From contig CALSNU010000003.1 of NCBI GenBank assembly GCA_943787795.1, forward strand, positions 160,001 through 224,000: a DNA stretch of 64,000 nt. The letters are read 5' to 3'. Each line of letters begins with the position of its first letter. Position 1 is the first letter of the stretch. The DNA is from an uncultured bacterium (GTDB lineage Bacteria; Planctomycetota; UBA1135; GCA-002686595). Of this stretch, positions 18,374-27,246 are shown piece after piece. Position numbers and translations under genes: made by a program. The notes beneath the pieces are model-generated. The model was given only the letters and a program-made list of their open reading frames with translations. It ran no database searches and was not told the origin of the DNA.

Positions 18374-19324
18374 TCAGGCTCCTTGGGCGTTCTCGCCGGT
18401 GGTCACGGTTCGGAAGACGTCGTCCATATGCCCGCGGTCCACCGCGAGGCTCATGAGGCTCCACGGGGCGCCGGCGGCGACCCGTTGGACATCCTCCAGC
18501 AGGGGTGCGTCGGTCGCCGGGAAGACCACGAAGCGGGTCTCCTCCTCGGCCTCGACGACCTCGCCAACGTGGGAGACCGACTCGAGCGCTCCGAGGTCAC
18601 GCTGTGCGTCCTCGGCATCGACGCTCGCCACCGCGATCTCGATGGCGCCCGCGAAGCGCGAGCTACCGCGGAGCTCTGCGGGGGTGCCGTCGAACTTGAT
18701 GCTGCCCTCGGCGACGATCATGGCGCGGGTGCAGACGGCCTCGACCTCCTCCAGGATGTGGGTCGAGAGGACGATCACCTTGCCCGCAGACATCGCGCGA
18801 ATCAGCTCGCGCACCTCGTGCTTTTGGTTCGGGTCGAGGCCGTCGGTGGGCTCGTCCAGGATCAGCACCTCAGGGTCGTGCAGGATGGCGAGCGCGAGGC
18901 CCACCCGTCGCTTGAAGCCCTTCGAGAGGGTCTCGATCCGCTGCTCCATGACCGCCTCGAGGTGGACGAGCCGGCAGACCTCGTCGATGCGCGCCGCGAG
19001 CCGGTCGGGGGCCATGCCTCGGGCGCTGCCCACGAACCGCATCATGGAGCGCGGGTTCATGTCCGGATAGAGGGGCGCCCCCTCCGGGAGGTAGCCGATG
19101 GCGGCCTGGGCGCCGGCGGCGTCGGTGAGCACATCGTGCCCGCAGACGCTGATGGCGCCGGAGGTCGGGGAGAGGAAGCCGGTGACCATCTTCATGGTCG
19201 TGGACTTGCCGGCCCCGTTGGGGCCAAGGAAGCCGAGGACCTCGCCGGGCTGGACCCGGAAGCTGAGGTCGTCGACGGCCGTGATGGGGCCAAACCTCTT
19301 GGTCAGGTTCTTGATCTCGATCAT
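18374..19324 (-). CDS. GldA-like ABC transporter ATP-binding protein
   Basis: Walker A GPNGAGKST, signature LSKG, Walker B LILDEPT, STH switch. Confidence 0.92.
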   Translation of the reverse strand: MIEIKNLTKRFGPITAVDDLSFRVQPGEVLGFLGPNGAGKSTTMKMVTGFLSPTSGAISVCGHDVLTDAAGAQAAIGYLPEGAPLYPDMNPRSMMRFVGSARGMAPDRLAARIDEVCRLVHLEAVMEQRIETLSKGFKRRVGLALAILHDPEVLILDEPTDGLDPNQKHEVRELIRAMSAGKVIVLSTHILEEVEAVCTRAMIVAEGSIKFDGTPAELRGSSRFAGAIEIAVASVDAEDAQRDLGALESVSHVGEVVEAEEETRFVVFPATDAPLLEDVQRVAAGAPWSLMSLAVDRGHMDDVFRTVTTGENAQGA

Positions 19325-19496
19325 GGCGCGAGAGGGGGGGGCTCTGTCGCTGCGGGAGGGTGCGCGGCCCGGAGGTGGGTGGCGCGTTGCGGGTCGCTAC
19401 GCCCCTGGCCAGCAGGGGTTGGTGGGCCGTGAGAATATTCAGTCGGGGCCCCTCGGCGCCACCCAGGCGCCCGGTTCACTTCAGAAGGCACCTGCG

Positions 19497-19538
19497 CGGG
19501 CCCACCACCGGGCCCACCACCGGGCCCACCACCGGGCC
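19497..19538. repeat. About 3.5 x 12-bp tandem repeat CGGGCCCACCAC in a divergent intergenic region
   Basis: Units at 19497, 19509, 19521 and a partial unit at 19533. Confidence 0.85.
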
Positions 19539-19641
19539 GCGGCTGCCCCGGCAGCCTCGTCGGCAGCCTCGCTGGCCGCCGGGTCTCGTCGATCCGGGAT
19601 CCCCTTCAGGAGAGCCCGCCCGTCGAGCCGATAGCTCCGCC

Positions 19642-20328
19642 ATGAGAGCCCCCGAGCGAGCCACCGTTTCGATCCCCTCACTGCCCATCGCGGCGACGGG
19701 GCAGGTGGAGGCGGTCAGGACCGACCCCTCAGGGCTGCACCTGGTCGTGCGCTATCCCTCGCAGGGAGCCCCGGTGCTCCCGGTCGGTCGGTCGGGGGAG
19801 CTGAGGGTCCAGCACGACGCGTCGGGGGAGGACCTCGTGGTCCTGGGCAAGGTCACCCTGCGCGAGGACTGCGGGGGAGGGCGCTGCTACGACTTCCTGC
19901 TCGGCGAGCGCTCACGTCAGGCCCTCGCGCCCATCTTCGAGCCCCGTCGGGCGGACAGGGTGGTCCTGGAGGGTGAGGTCGAGGTCTCCCTGTGCCCAGG
20001 GGATGGGGGGCCGCTGCTGCACGGGGTGGCCCGAGACCTCTCTCCCGGCGGGGTCTGCGTCGAGGTTTCCTGGGGGGAGGAGGCTCGGCTGGCGGCGGTA
20101 GACACCCTGCGGGTGAGCCTGACGGCCGATGGAAAGGAGGAGGTCGCAACCTTCGAGGCATGGGTCAAGAGCCGCCGGCTTGGTCGGGGCGTGATCCTCC
20201 TGGGGATGGCCCTCGAGCCGATCCCAGGCGAGGGGGCGGCGACCTCGGAGGCCACCGTCGAGGCCTGGGTGGCGGAGTTCATGCTCCGTACCGAGGGGGC
20301 CGCGATGGACGTCCGGCGGAGCGCCTGA
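19642..20328 (+). CDS. PilZ domain protein (c-di-GMP receptor)
   Basis: RRADR (RxxxR) and DLSPGG (DxSxxG) motifs, preceded by a second beta-rich domain. Confidence 0.8.
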   Translation: MRAPERATVSIPSLPIAATGQVEAVRTDPSGLHLVVRYPSQGAPVLPVGRSGELRVQHDASGEDLVVLGKVTLREDCGGGRCYDFLLGERSRQALAPIFEPRRADRVVLEGEVEVSLCPGDGGPLLHGVARDLSPGGVCVEVSWGEEARLAAVDTLRVSLTADGKEEVATFEAWVKSRRLGRGVILLGMALEPIPGEGAATSEATVEAWVAEFMLRTEGAAMDVRRSA

Positions 20329-20454
20329 GCCACGCTCAGCACTCCTAGGGGCACCTGTGCCTTGCGCCAAGGGGGGAGGTCTTGGCACCTTGAGGTCGCG
20401 CACCGTGGCCCCGGTCGCGCGGACTTGGGGCCTGTCAACCGCGCGGAGGGGGAG

Positions 20455-21489
20455 ATGTTTGGCCGATCCAAGAAGCGTGAGCTGAAAGCTGCGGAGACCC
20501 TTGCTGCCGAGGTCAAGGCGCAGCGAGAGGTGACCCAGGAGCTGGTGGAGCGCTACGAGCAGCGCACCAAGAAGACGGTGCAGGCCATCGAGGCCGCCAG
20601 CAAGGCGCGGGAGGAGCGCGACGAGTACCGGCGCGTCCTCGCGGCGGCCATCGCCAGCGAGCGGCGCCAGGAGCTCCACGTGACCGGCCTCGAGCGTGAG
20701 CTCAAGGAGGTCAAGGAGAGCGTGTTGGCCGAGGCTCGTGCCCGCGGCGCTGCGGAGTCAGCGAGCGAGAGCGCGCGGGCGAGGGTCGCCGAGCTCGAGG
20801 CGGAGCTGTGCGCGGCCGCGCTCCAGCTGGAGAAGGAGCGTGGAGACGCCGCCGACCGCGCCTGGGCCGAGCGCGAGGCCGCGCGGGCCGAGATGGTGCA
20901 GCTGGTGTCGAGGAGCCGTGATGAGGCCCGGACGCTCACGGCCGAGGTCCGGCGTGCACTGGGATGGATGGGCATGGGTCCCCGGGACGCGGACGGGCAT
21001 CCGACCGATGACCCTGCCGTGCAGTCCGTCCTGCGCCAGCGTGGCAAGGTGCTCGCGGGCCTCGCCCTCGGGGCGGCGCTCGTCGGCGTCGGGCTCACGC
21101 CTGCGGCCCTGCTCGCGGCCATGGACGCGGAGCGGGCGGCGTACATCCAGCTGGCCTCGGGCGCGTCCCCCTGGCAGCTGATCCTCGGGGCGCTCGGGTG
21201 CTTCGGCGCCGCCGTCTTCCTCTATGGTCGCGCCATCCATGACCTGCGATCGCCCGCTCCACGGGAGGACCTGGGTGCCCCGGCCGCCTCCGGGGAGCCG
21301 GCCGTCCCGGCGCCGGCCGCGTCGGAGGAGGAGCATCCCGCGCCCGCGAGCGTGGAGCCTGAGGCTGAGCCTGCGGCCGAGCCCGCGGCTGAGCTTGCGG
21401 CCGAGCCCGCGGCTGAGCTTGCGGTCGAGCCCGCGGCCGGGGGCGAAGGAGAGGAAGGCGACGCTGCGGAGCGCGACCGCCTCACCTGA
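20455..21489 (+). CDS. Coiled-coil membrane protein with two TM helices and an acidic Pro/Ala tail
   Basis: GGAG/GGGGGAG just upstream of ATG 20455; long heptad-rich N-terminus; two hydrophobic segments; AAEP repeats. Confidence 0.65.
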   Translation: MFGRSKKRELKAAETLAAEVKAQREVTQELVERYEQRTKKTVQAIEAASKAREERDEYRRVLAAAIASERRQELHVTGLERELKEVKESVLAEARARGAAESASESARARVAELEAELCAAALQLEKERGDAADRAWAEREAARAEMVQLVSRSRDEARTLTAEVRRALGWMGMGPRDADGHPTDDPAVQSVLRQRGKVLAGLALGAALVGVGLTPAALLAAMDAERAAYIQLASGASPWQLILGALGCFGAAVFLYGRAIHDLRSPAPREDLGAPAASGEPAVPAPAASEEEHPAPASVEPEAEPAAEPAAELAAEPAAELAVEPAAGGEGEEGDAAERDRLT

Positions 21490-21544
21490 GCGGACTGGGG
21501 ACGGCGGCGCCCGTCGACCTGTGACCACGGTTCACGACGTGGAC

Positions 21545-21556
21545 TAGACTGGCGCC
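21545..21556 (+). promoter_or_regulatory. Putative -10 box TAGACT, 6 nt before the M14 peptidase ATG
   Basis: TAGACT-ggcgcc-ATG. Confidence 0.55.
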
Positions 21557-23338
21557 ATGCTGGTCACCCTCTCCGCGCTGATGCTCGCCCTGGTCCCCGG
21601 CCCTGCGCCCATTCAGGTCCCTGGCGCCGAGGGGCAGCCTCAGATCACCAGGGCCACGGTGCCCGCGCCCAATGGCTCGCTGCTGCCCCTCGTCGAGTCC
21701 GTGCCGGACGGCGGGAGCCCCACCTGGCCCAAGACGGTGGCGGAGTCCAGCGGGTTCACCAGGAGCTCGACCACGGCGGAGGTGATCGCCTTCCTGGAGT
21801 CGCTCGACCCCCTCCCGCGCGGCGGCTGGCTCCAGCGCCGCGTCATCGGCCGGACCACCGAGGGGCGGGACCTGGTCGCGGTCACGGTGACCGCTCCGGG
21901 GTCGGCCGAGGAGGTGGCGGCGCGGCCCGCGATCCTGGTGAACGCCAATATCCACGGCGGAGAGATCGAGGGGAAGGTGGCGGTCCAGCTCCTGCTCCGC
22001 GAGTTCGCCGTGGGGTACCACCGCCACCTGGCCGAGCGGCTCCGGCTGACCTTCGTGCCGGTCTACAACGCCGACGGCAACGACCGCATCGCGCGCACCC
22101 ACCGGGTCACCCAGAACGGGCCCGACGGGGGCGTGGGGGAGCGGCCGAACGCCATGGGCCTCGACCTGAACCGGGATTTCGTCAAGGTCGAGTCCCCGGA
22201 GGCGAGGGCGCTGACCGGGCTCGTGAACGAGCTTCGGCCCATCGCGTTCATGGACCTGCACACCACGAACGGCTCCTACCACGGCTACGACCTCACCTAC
22301 TCGCCGAGCCTCTCCCCGAACGCGAACCCGGCGCTCGACGCCTACGTGCGCGGCGCGCTGCTCCCCGGGGTGCGCGAGCGCCTGCGCCTCGCGCGCTTCG
22401 AGGTCTTCGACTACGGCAACTTCGCGTATCCGCCCCGCAAGCGCGGGTCCCGTGGCGACCGCGGCGACCCCGTGGCCTGGTCCACCTACGACTCGCGGCC
22501 GCGCTTCGGGACGAACCTGATGGGGCTGCGGGACACCGTCTCGATTCTCTCCGAAGCCTACAGCTACCTTCCATATCAGCGCCGCGTGGAAGCCACCTAC
22601 GCCTTCACGCTCGCGAGCCTGAGGCGCATCGCGGAGGACCGGGAGGCCATCCAGGAGCTGATCGAGGTCTCGAGGGCGGCGCGGGTCGACGGGAACGGTG
22701 AGGTGACCTGGATGCTCGGCGTGGACTGCGAGCTCGCGCCGGGGCGGCAGGGACCGGTCCGGGTGAGCGAGATCGACACCGTGGAGGTTGACCTCGATCT
22801 GGAGAAGCGGGGGATGCAGGCGGGCACCCGCCGCGTCGCGCGGGGCCTCGAATCCGTGCGCGTGGTCGAGATGGAGGTCCGGGATCGCTTCCAACCGACC
22901 CGCATGGCGGAGGTCGGCCGGTGCTTCGTGCTCGCTGATCCTCCGCAAGACGTCCTCGACGCCCTTCGCGTTCACCTCGGAGAGGGGGGCGGCCTGCGCC
23001 TGCTCGCAGAGGACGTCGAGCTGGATCTGCGCCGCTTCACCGTGTCCTCGGCGGACCGCGCCACTCGCCCGTTCCAGGGGCACCGCGAGGTCTCGGTGGA
23101 GGGCGAGTGGAGCAGTCGGGTGACGAAGGTCCCGGCGGGGGCGGTCCTGGTGCCGTGCACCCCGCTCACGGCCCACCTGCTCCACCCCGAGAGCGACGAC
23201 TCCTTCACCACATGGAACTTCTTCGACCACGCCCTGTTCGAGGGCTCGCCCGAGGACGCTTGGTCCGGCGCTCCCCGTGAGGGCGTGCTCCACCCCGTGG
23301 CGATCAGCCGCGTCGCCATTGGAGAGCCCGGGCGCTGA
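21557..23338 (+). CDS. Secreted M14-family zinc carboxypeptidase
   Basis: IHGGE, YNADG, DLNRD and DLH zinc/substrate motifs; signal peptide. Confidence 0.88.
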   Translation: MLVTLSALMLALVPGPAPIQVPGAEGQPQITRATVPAPNGSLLPLVESVPDGGSPTWPKTVAESSGFTRSSTTAEVIAFLESLDPLPRGGWLQRRVIGRTTEGRDLVAVTVTAPGSAEEVAARPAILVNANIHGGEIEGKVAVQLLLREFAVGYHRHLAERLRLTFVPVYNADGNDRIARTHRVTQNGPDGGVGERPNAMGLDLNRDFVKVESPEARALTGLVNELRPIAFMDLHTTNGSYHGYDLTYSPSLSPNANPALDAYVRGALLPGVRERLRLARFEVFDYGNFAYPPRKRGSRGDRGDPVAWSTYDSRPRFGTNLMGLRDTVSILSEAYSYLPYQRRVEATYAFTLASLRRIAEDREAIQELIEVSRAARVDGNGEVTWMLGVDCELAPGRQGPVRVSEIDTVEVDLDLEKRGMQAGTRRVARGLESVRVVEMEVRDRFQPTRMAEVGRCFVLADPPQDVLDALRVHLGEGGGLRLLAEDVELDLRRFTVSSADRATRPFQGHREVSVEGEWSSRVTKVPAGAVLVPCTPLTAHLLHPESDDSFTTWNFFDHALFEGSPEDAWSGAPREGVLHPVAISRVAIGEPGR

Positions 23339-23353
23339 CCCCGCGGCCGGGAC

Positions 23354-23388
23354 AGGGTGGAGGGTGGAGGGTGGAGGGTGGGGGGTGG
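23354..23388. repeat. 5 x 7-bp repeat (A/G)GGGTGG directly downstream of tRNA-Arg, overlapping its CCA
   Basis: Units at 23354, 23361, 23368, 23375 and 23382; on the minus strand it reads CCACCCC followed by (CCACCCT)4. Confidence 0.85.
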
Positions 23389-23462
23389 CACGCCCGCCTG
23401 GATTCGAACCAGGGACCGTCCGCTTAGAAGGCGGGTGCTCTATCCAACTGAGCTACGGGCGC
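23386..23462 (-). tRNA. tRNA-Arg(UCU)
   Basis: Reverse complement GCGCCCGTAGCTCAGTTGGATAGAGCACCCGCCTTCTAAGCGGACGGTCCCTGGTTCGAATCCAGGCGGGCGTGCCA folds as a cloverleaf; anticodon loop CTTCTAA; CCA encoded. Confidence 0.96.
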
Positions 23463-23465
23463 ATG

Positions 23466-23541
23466 TGGTCGGGGTGACTGGACTCGAACCAGCGACTCAT
23501 AGCACCCAAAGCTACGCCTCTACCAACTGAGGTACACCCCG
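23466..23541 (-). tRNA. tRNA-Pro(UGG)
   Basis: Reverse complement CGGGGTGTACCTCAGTTGGTAGAGGCGTAGCTTTGGGTGCTATGAGTCGCTGGTTCGAGTCCAGTCACCCCGACCA; anticodon loop TTTGGGT; 3-nt spacer to tRNA-Arg. Confidence 0.96.
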
Positions 23542-23733
23542 ACAGGCCCGGAGCGTAGCCCAATCTCGGCCGGGGGCCTAGGGAGCCGCGCGGCATCGGG
23601 GCGCCATCCTGCGAGATGTCCCGGGCGCCCCGGTCCTGCGCAGGATCGCGTGGCCGCGGGGAGGGCGGGCGGATACCATCTCGGCCGAGCCCCGCTCTCT
23701 CCGGCCTCCTCTTTCACATCTGCAGACGCGCCC

Positions 23734-25068
23734 ATGTCCGATTCCACCCATTCGATGAAGGTCCTCGTGATCGGCTCCGGCGGCCGAGAGCACTCGCTCT
23801 GCTGGAAAATCGGCAAGTCGCCCATGGTCTCGGAGGTCATCTGCGCCCCGGGCAACGCCGGCATCGGTGACGTGGCGAGGATCGCCCCGGTGGCGGCCAA
23901 TGACCTCGACGGGCTGATGGCCCTGGCCGAGGCGGAGCGCCCCGGGTTGGTCGTGATCGGGCCCGAGGATCCGCTCGCGGCAGGGCTCGGCGACCGCATG
24001 CGCGACGCCGGATTCCGGGTCTTCGGCCCCGGCGCTGACGGCGCGCGGCTCGAGGCCTCCAAGGCCTTCTCTAAGGACCTCATCGAGCGGCATCGCATCC
24101 CCACCGCCACGGCCCGCAGCTTCGATCGTTCAGGCCAGGCCAAGGGCTACCTCGAGAGCTGCACGACCTGGCCCCAGGTGGTCAAGGCCGATGGGTTGGC
24201 CGCGGGCAAGGGTGTCTACATCTGTCAGGACCTGGCCGAGGCGAAGATCGCGGTGGACGGGATCATGGAGGAGGGTCGTCACGGAGACGCCGGCACGCAG
24301 ATTCTCATCGAGGAGTTCCTAGTGGGGGAGGAGGCCAGCGTGTTCGCGATCACCGACGGGGACGCGGTGCTCGTGCTCGAGCCCGTTCAGGATCACAAGC
24401 AGGCCTTTGACGGCGACGAGGGACCGAACACCGGCGGCATGGGCGTCTACTCGCCCGTGCCCGAGCTGAGCAAGCGCATCTACAAGCAGATCGAGCAGCA
24501 CGTCCTGCTGCCCTCGATCCACATGCTTCGCCGGGAGAAGATCCCCTTCCGCGGCGTGCTCTTCATCGGGCTCATGCTCACCGAGGGCGGCCCGCGGGTC
24601 ATCGAGTACAACGTCCGCTTCGGCGATCCGGAGTGCCAGGCGCTCATGCGCCGACTCAAGAGTGACATCGTCCCGGTTCTCATCGCGACCGCGGACGGGA
24701 CGCTCTCCGAGATCGAGAGCCCGGAGTGGGACGCGGCCACCTGCGTGGGCGTCGTCGCCGCGGCGGAGGGCTACCCCGAGTCTCCCCGCAAGGGCGATGA
24801 GATCTCCGGACTGGAGGAGGCTGCCGCCGTCGAGGGCGTCGAGGTCTTCCACGCGGGGACCAAGCTCCACCGCAACCTCGACGGAGACGAGGAGGTGGTG
24901 ACCAACGGCGGCCGGGTGCTCACCATCACCGCCATGGGCGCCACCACGGAGGTGGCCCGGGAGCGCGCCTACGAGGCCTACGGCAAGATTCGATATGACG
25001 GCAAGTTCTGCCGAACCGACATTGGCCGCCGCCGGGAGGCGCGCAAGGAGACCACGACGCAGGCGTGA
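23734..25068 (+). CDS. purD: Phosphoribosylamine--glycine ligase
   Basis: MKVLVIGSGGREH, APGNAG, LEASKAFSK, KADGLAAGKGV, QDHK, GPNTGGMG, EYNVRFGDPE, TNGGRVL. Confidence 0.97.
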   Translation: MSDSTHSMKVLVIGSGGREHSLCWKIGKSPMVSEVICAPGNAGIGDVARIAPVAANDLDGLMALAEAERPGLVVIGPEDPLAAGLGDRMRDAGFRVFGPGADGARLEASKAFSKDLIERHRIPTATARSFDRSGQAKGYLESCTTWPQVVKADGLAAGKGVYICQDLAEAKIAVDGIMEEGRHGDAGTQILIEEFLVGEEASVFAITDGDAVLVLEPVQDHKQAFDGDEGPNTGGMGVYSPVPELSKRIYKQIEQHVLLPSIHMLRREKIPFRGVLFIGLMLTEGGPRVIEYNVRFGDPECQALMRRLKSDIVPVLIATADGTLSEIESPEWDAATCVGVVAAAEGYPESPRKGDEISGLEEAAAVEGVEVFHAGTKLHRNLDGDEEVVTNGGRVLTITAMGATTEVARERAYEAYGKIRYDGKFCRTDIGRRREARKETTTQA

Positions 25069-25808
25069 GTTCTCCGAGAGAGGGCACCGGCGAACCCCTC
25101 CGTCTCGGGGTCGGGATCTGCGCCCTGGATGAGGAGGAGGGCCTCGCTCGATTGTTGCCGCGGCTCATGGGGGAGGGGAGCGATCGGGCTGACGTGGTGG
25201 TCGTGGCCGACGGGGGCTCGACGGACGGGACCCGCGACGTGATCCTGGACTCGGGTGCGCGCCTGCTCGAGGGCGCGCGAGGCCGGGGGCCGCAGCTGGT
25301 GGCGGCTGCCGACCAGCTCCTCGAAGAGGGAGCCGAGGTGCTCCTCTTCCTGCACGCGGACAGCCTGCCCGGGGCCGGCGCGCTCGCGGCCGTGCGGACG
25401 GCGTTTGACGGCTCGAGCCTGGTGGCGGCGGGTCTGGCCCAACGGGTGGAGGCCCCGGGCCGGGCGTTCCGCTGGATCGAGGCCGCGGCGAACGCCAGGG
25501 TGCGACGAGGCATGGTCTTCGGGGACTCGGCCTTATCCGTGAGGGCCTCCGACTACCTCGCGGTGGGTGGTTTTGACCCGCTGCCGCTGTTCGAGGACGT
25601 CGAGCTCTCTGATCGACTCCGGGGCCGGGGCCCCGTCCGGCTCCTGGAGGACGCAGAGATCCAGGTGTGCGCCAGGAGATGGGAAGAGGAGGGGGTCTTG
25701 CGGTGCACCCTCCGAAACTGGATCCTCAGGACGCTGCACCGCCTCGGTGTGGCTCCGCGTCACCTCGCCAGACTCTACCGCCCGTTCAGGCGCAAGGCTG
25801 CCGACTGA
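25065..25808 (+). CDS. Glycosyltransferase family 2 (TIGR04283-like)
   Basis: VADGGSTDGT, RGRGPQL, LFLHADS, FGD, GGF..PLFEDV, ARRW; overlaps the purD stop (GTGA). Confidence 0.85.
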   Translation: MSSPREGTGEPLRLGVGICALDEEEGLARLLPRLMGEGSDRADVVVVADGGSTDGTRDVILDSGARLLEGARGRGPQLVAAADQLLEEGAEVLLFLHADSLPGAGALAAVRTAFDGSSLVAAGLAQRVEAPGRAFRWIEAAANARVRRGMVFGDSALSVRASDYLAVGGFDPLPLFEDVELSDRLRGRGPVRLLEDAEIQVCARRWEEEGVLRCTLRNWILRTLHRLGVAPRHLARLYRPFRRKAAD

Positions 25809-25911
25809 ACGGGTGCGCCTCCCTCTCCAGGCCCCCTCCCAGGCCCCCCTCCCAGTCCGGGGCCAAGGCCCGGGCTCCTCGCCCGTGTCCCCACTTCGAC
25901 GATCATTCACC

Positions 25912-26397
25912 ATGGATCAAAGCACCATCGAGCGACGCTTCGAGGAGTTCCTGCGAACGGAGAGCCTCAAGATGACCCCTCAGCGTCGGCGCATCTTCGA
26001 GAAGGCCTTCGAGGTCCATGACCACTTCAGCGTGGAGCGCATGTATGAGTGGCTCAAGGCCGAGGATGGGCCTGCCGTGTCCCGCGCCACGGTCTATCGC
26101 ACCCTCGAGGTGCTCGAGCGGGGGGGCTTCATCGAGGCCGTCGAGACGGGACGGGGCGAGGTCGTCTACGAGCACGTGCTCGGCCACGAGCACCACGACC
26201 ACATGATCTGCGTCATGTGCAAGCGCATCGAGGAGTTCCAGGACGAGGAGATCGAGGCCCTTCAGCGCAAGAACGCGGAACGCCTCGGCTTCGTGATGAC
26301 CGGGCACATGCTCCGACTCTCCGGCATCTGCAGCGACTGCGCCGACGAGCTCCGCGAGGACGGGCGGCTGGAAGAAGAGATCGCCCGGCAGCGCTAG
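25912..26397 (+). CDS. fur: Fur-family transcriptional regulator
   Basis: TPQRRRI, HFS, VSRATVYRTL, HHDHMICVMC and C-terminal CSDC. Confidence 0.9.
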   Translation: MDQSTIERRFEEFLRTESLKMTPQRRRIFEKAFEVHDHFSVERMYEWLKAEDGPAVSRATVYRTLEVLERGGFIEAVETGRGEVVYEHVLGHEHHDHMICVMCKRIEEFQDEEIEALQRKNAERLGFVMTGHMLRLSGICSDCADELREDGRLEEEIARQR

Positions 26398-26456
26398 CGG
26401 TCCGCGGGGTTAGCCCCGGGGGCACGGCCTCCGCTCGGTCCGCGCTCCGGGTTCAC

Positions 26457-26548
26457 CCCTTCGCTGGAGCCCCTTCGCTGGAGCCCCTTCGCTGGAGCCC
26501 CTGCGCTGGAGCTTCTGCGCTGGAGCCTCCGCGCTGGAGCCTCTGCGC
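26457..26548. repeat. About 6.5 x 14-bp tandem repeat CCCTTCGCTGGAGC, diverging progressively, in a convergent intergenic region
   Basis: Units at 26457, 26471, 26485, 26499, 26513, 26527 and a partial unit at 26541. Confidence 0.9.
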
Positions 26549-26836
26549 CGCACCCATTGGCGGGTCGCCCTCTTGAGCGTCGATCGACCCGATCGCGCTG
26601 GCCGATAGCCTGGCCAGGGTTGAAGAGGCCTGCTGCAGGTCGAGTCGACCGACTGCGGGTCGAGCCGACCTATCGCGGGCCGAATAGACCGGCGGCGGGG
26701 CGGAGGGTCTGGCACGCACTGGGTGGGCTGCAGCCCTTGCGGCGGCGCCGGAGAACCACCGCCACGGTGCGCGGGTTCAGCCGGAGACCCTGCGCGGGCG
26801 GCCGCCTTGCAGCCGGTATCCCGCGCGGCGAGTCGG

Positions 26837-27235
26837 TCAGTTGATGTCGCGGGTGAGGCTGTCGCGGACGCTGGTCGCGATCTCGTCGCTGTAGATCAGG
26901 TACCGCTTGGCGGCGACCCGGATCCTGGTCTGCTTGGCGTCGTAGGTCTCCACCTGGACCGTGACCAGCGCGCTGTCCACGTAGGTCTGGATGGTCCGCA
27001 GGTCCTCATCGACCTCGATCAGGTCGGACGTCATGTGGGACATCGTGTCCTTCGCGCACGCCCAGGTGTAGTCGAGGCTGTACGGGACGACCGCCGTCTG
27101 GGCGTTGTCCACGAACTCGTCGTTGATGACGATGGCCGCTCCGACGACCGCAACGGGAGCGCACGACGGCAGTGCCGACGCGCCGAGAAGACCGACGAGG
27201 GCAGCCGCAGCCGCCTGAAGTGAGATGCGCCTCAT
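26837..27235 (-). CDS. Small lipoprotein, DUF3568-like
   Basis: MRRISL...LPSC lipobox followed by AVVGAA and an alpha/beta domain ending TRIRVAA...A..V...L. Confidence 0.65.
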   Translation of the reverse strand: MRRISLQAAAAALVGLLGASALPSCAPVAVVGAAIVINDEFVDNAQTAVVPYSLDYTWACAKDTMSHMTSDLIEVDEDLRTIQTYVDSALVTVQVETYDAKQTRIRVAAKRYLIYSDEIATSVRDSLTRDIN

Positions 27236-27246
27236 GATGAACGCGA

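Noticed and set aside
14435..19324. Evidence of Bacteroidota-type gliding motility or T9SS
   Set aside because: Only the widespread GldA/F/G-like ABC module is present; no gldK/L/M/N or spr genes.
20348..20400. Sigma54 -24/-12 promoter candidates (GGGCAC...TTGC and TGGCAC...TCGC)
   Set aside because: The GG-to-GC spacing is not the required 10 nt in either case.
23386..23541. tRNA pair as an integration site for an island or prophage
   Set aside because: No integrase, no duplicated tRNA 3' fragment elsewhere in the window that I could see, and no compositional shift.
25065..25808. Arsenosugar biosynthesis cluster suggested by the TIGR04283-like glycosyltransferase
   Set aside because: No arsM, radical SAM arsS or DUF2064 partner gene is in the window; the family is widespread.
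26560..26830. Structured ncRNA or riboswitch in the long fur-downstream spacer (also considered 50030-50530)
   Set aside because: Only degenerate repeats and generic GC pairing; no family motif I can recognise without a covariance search.
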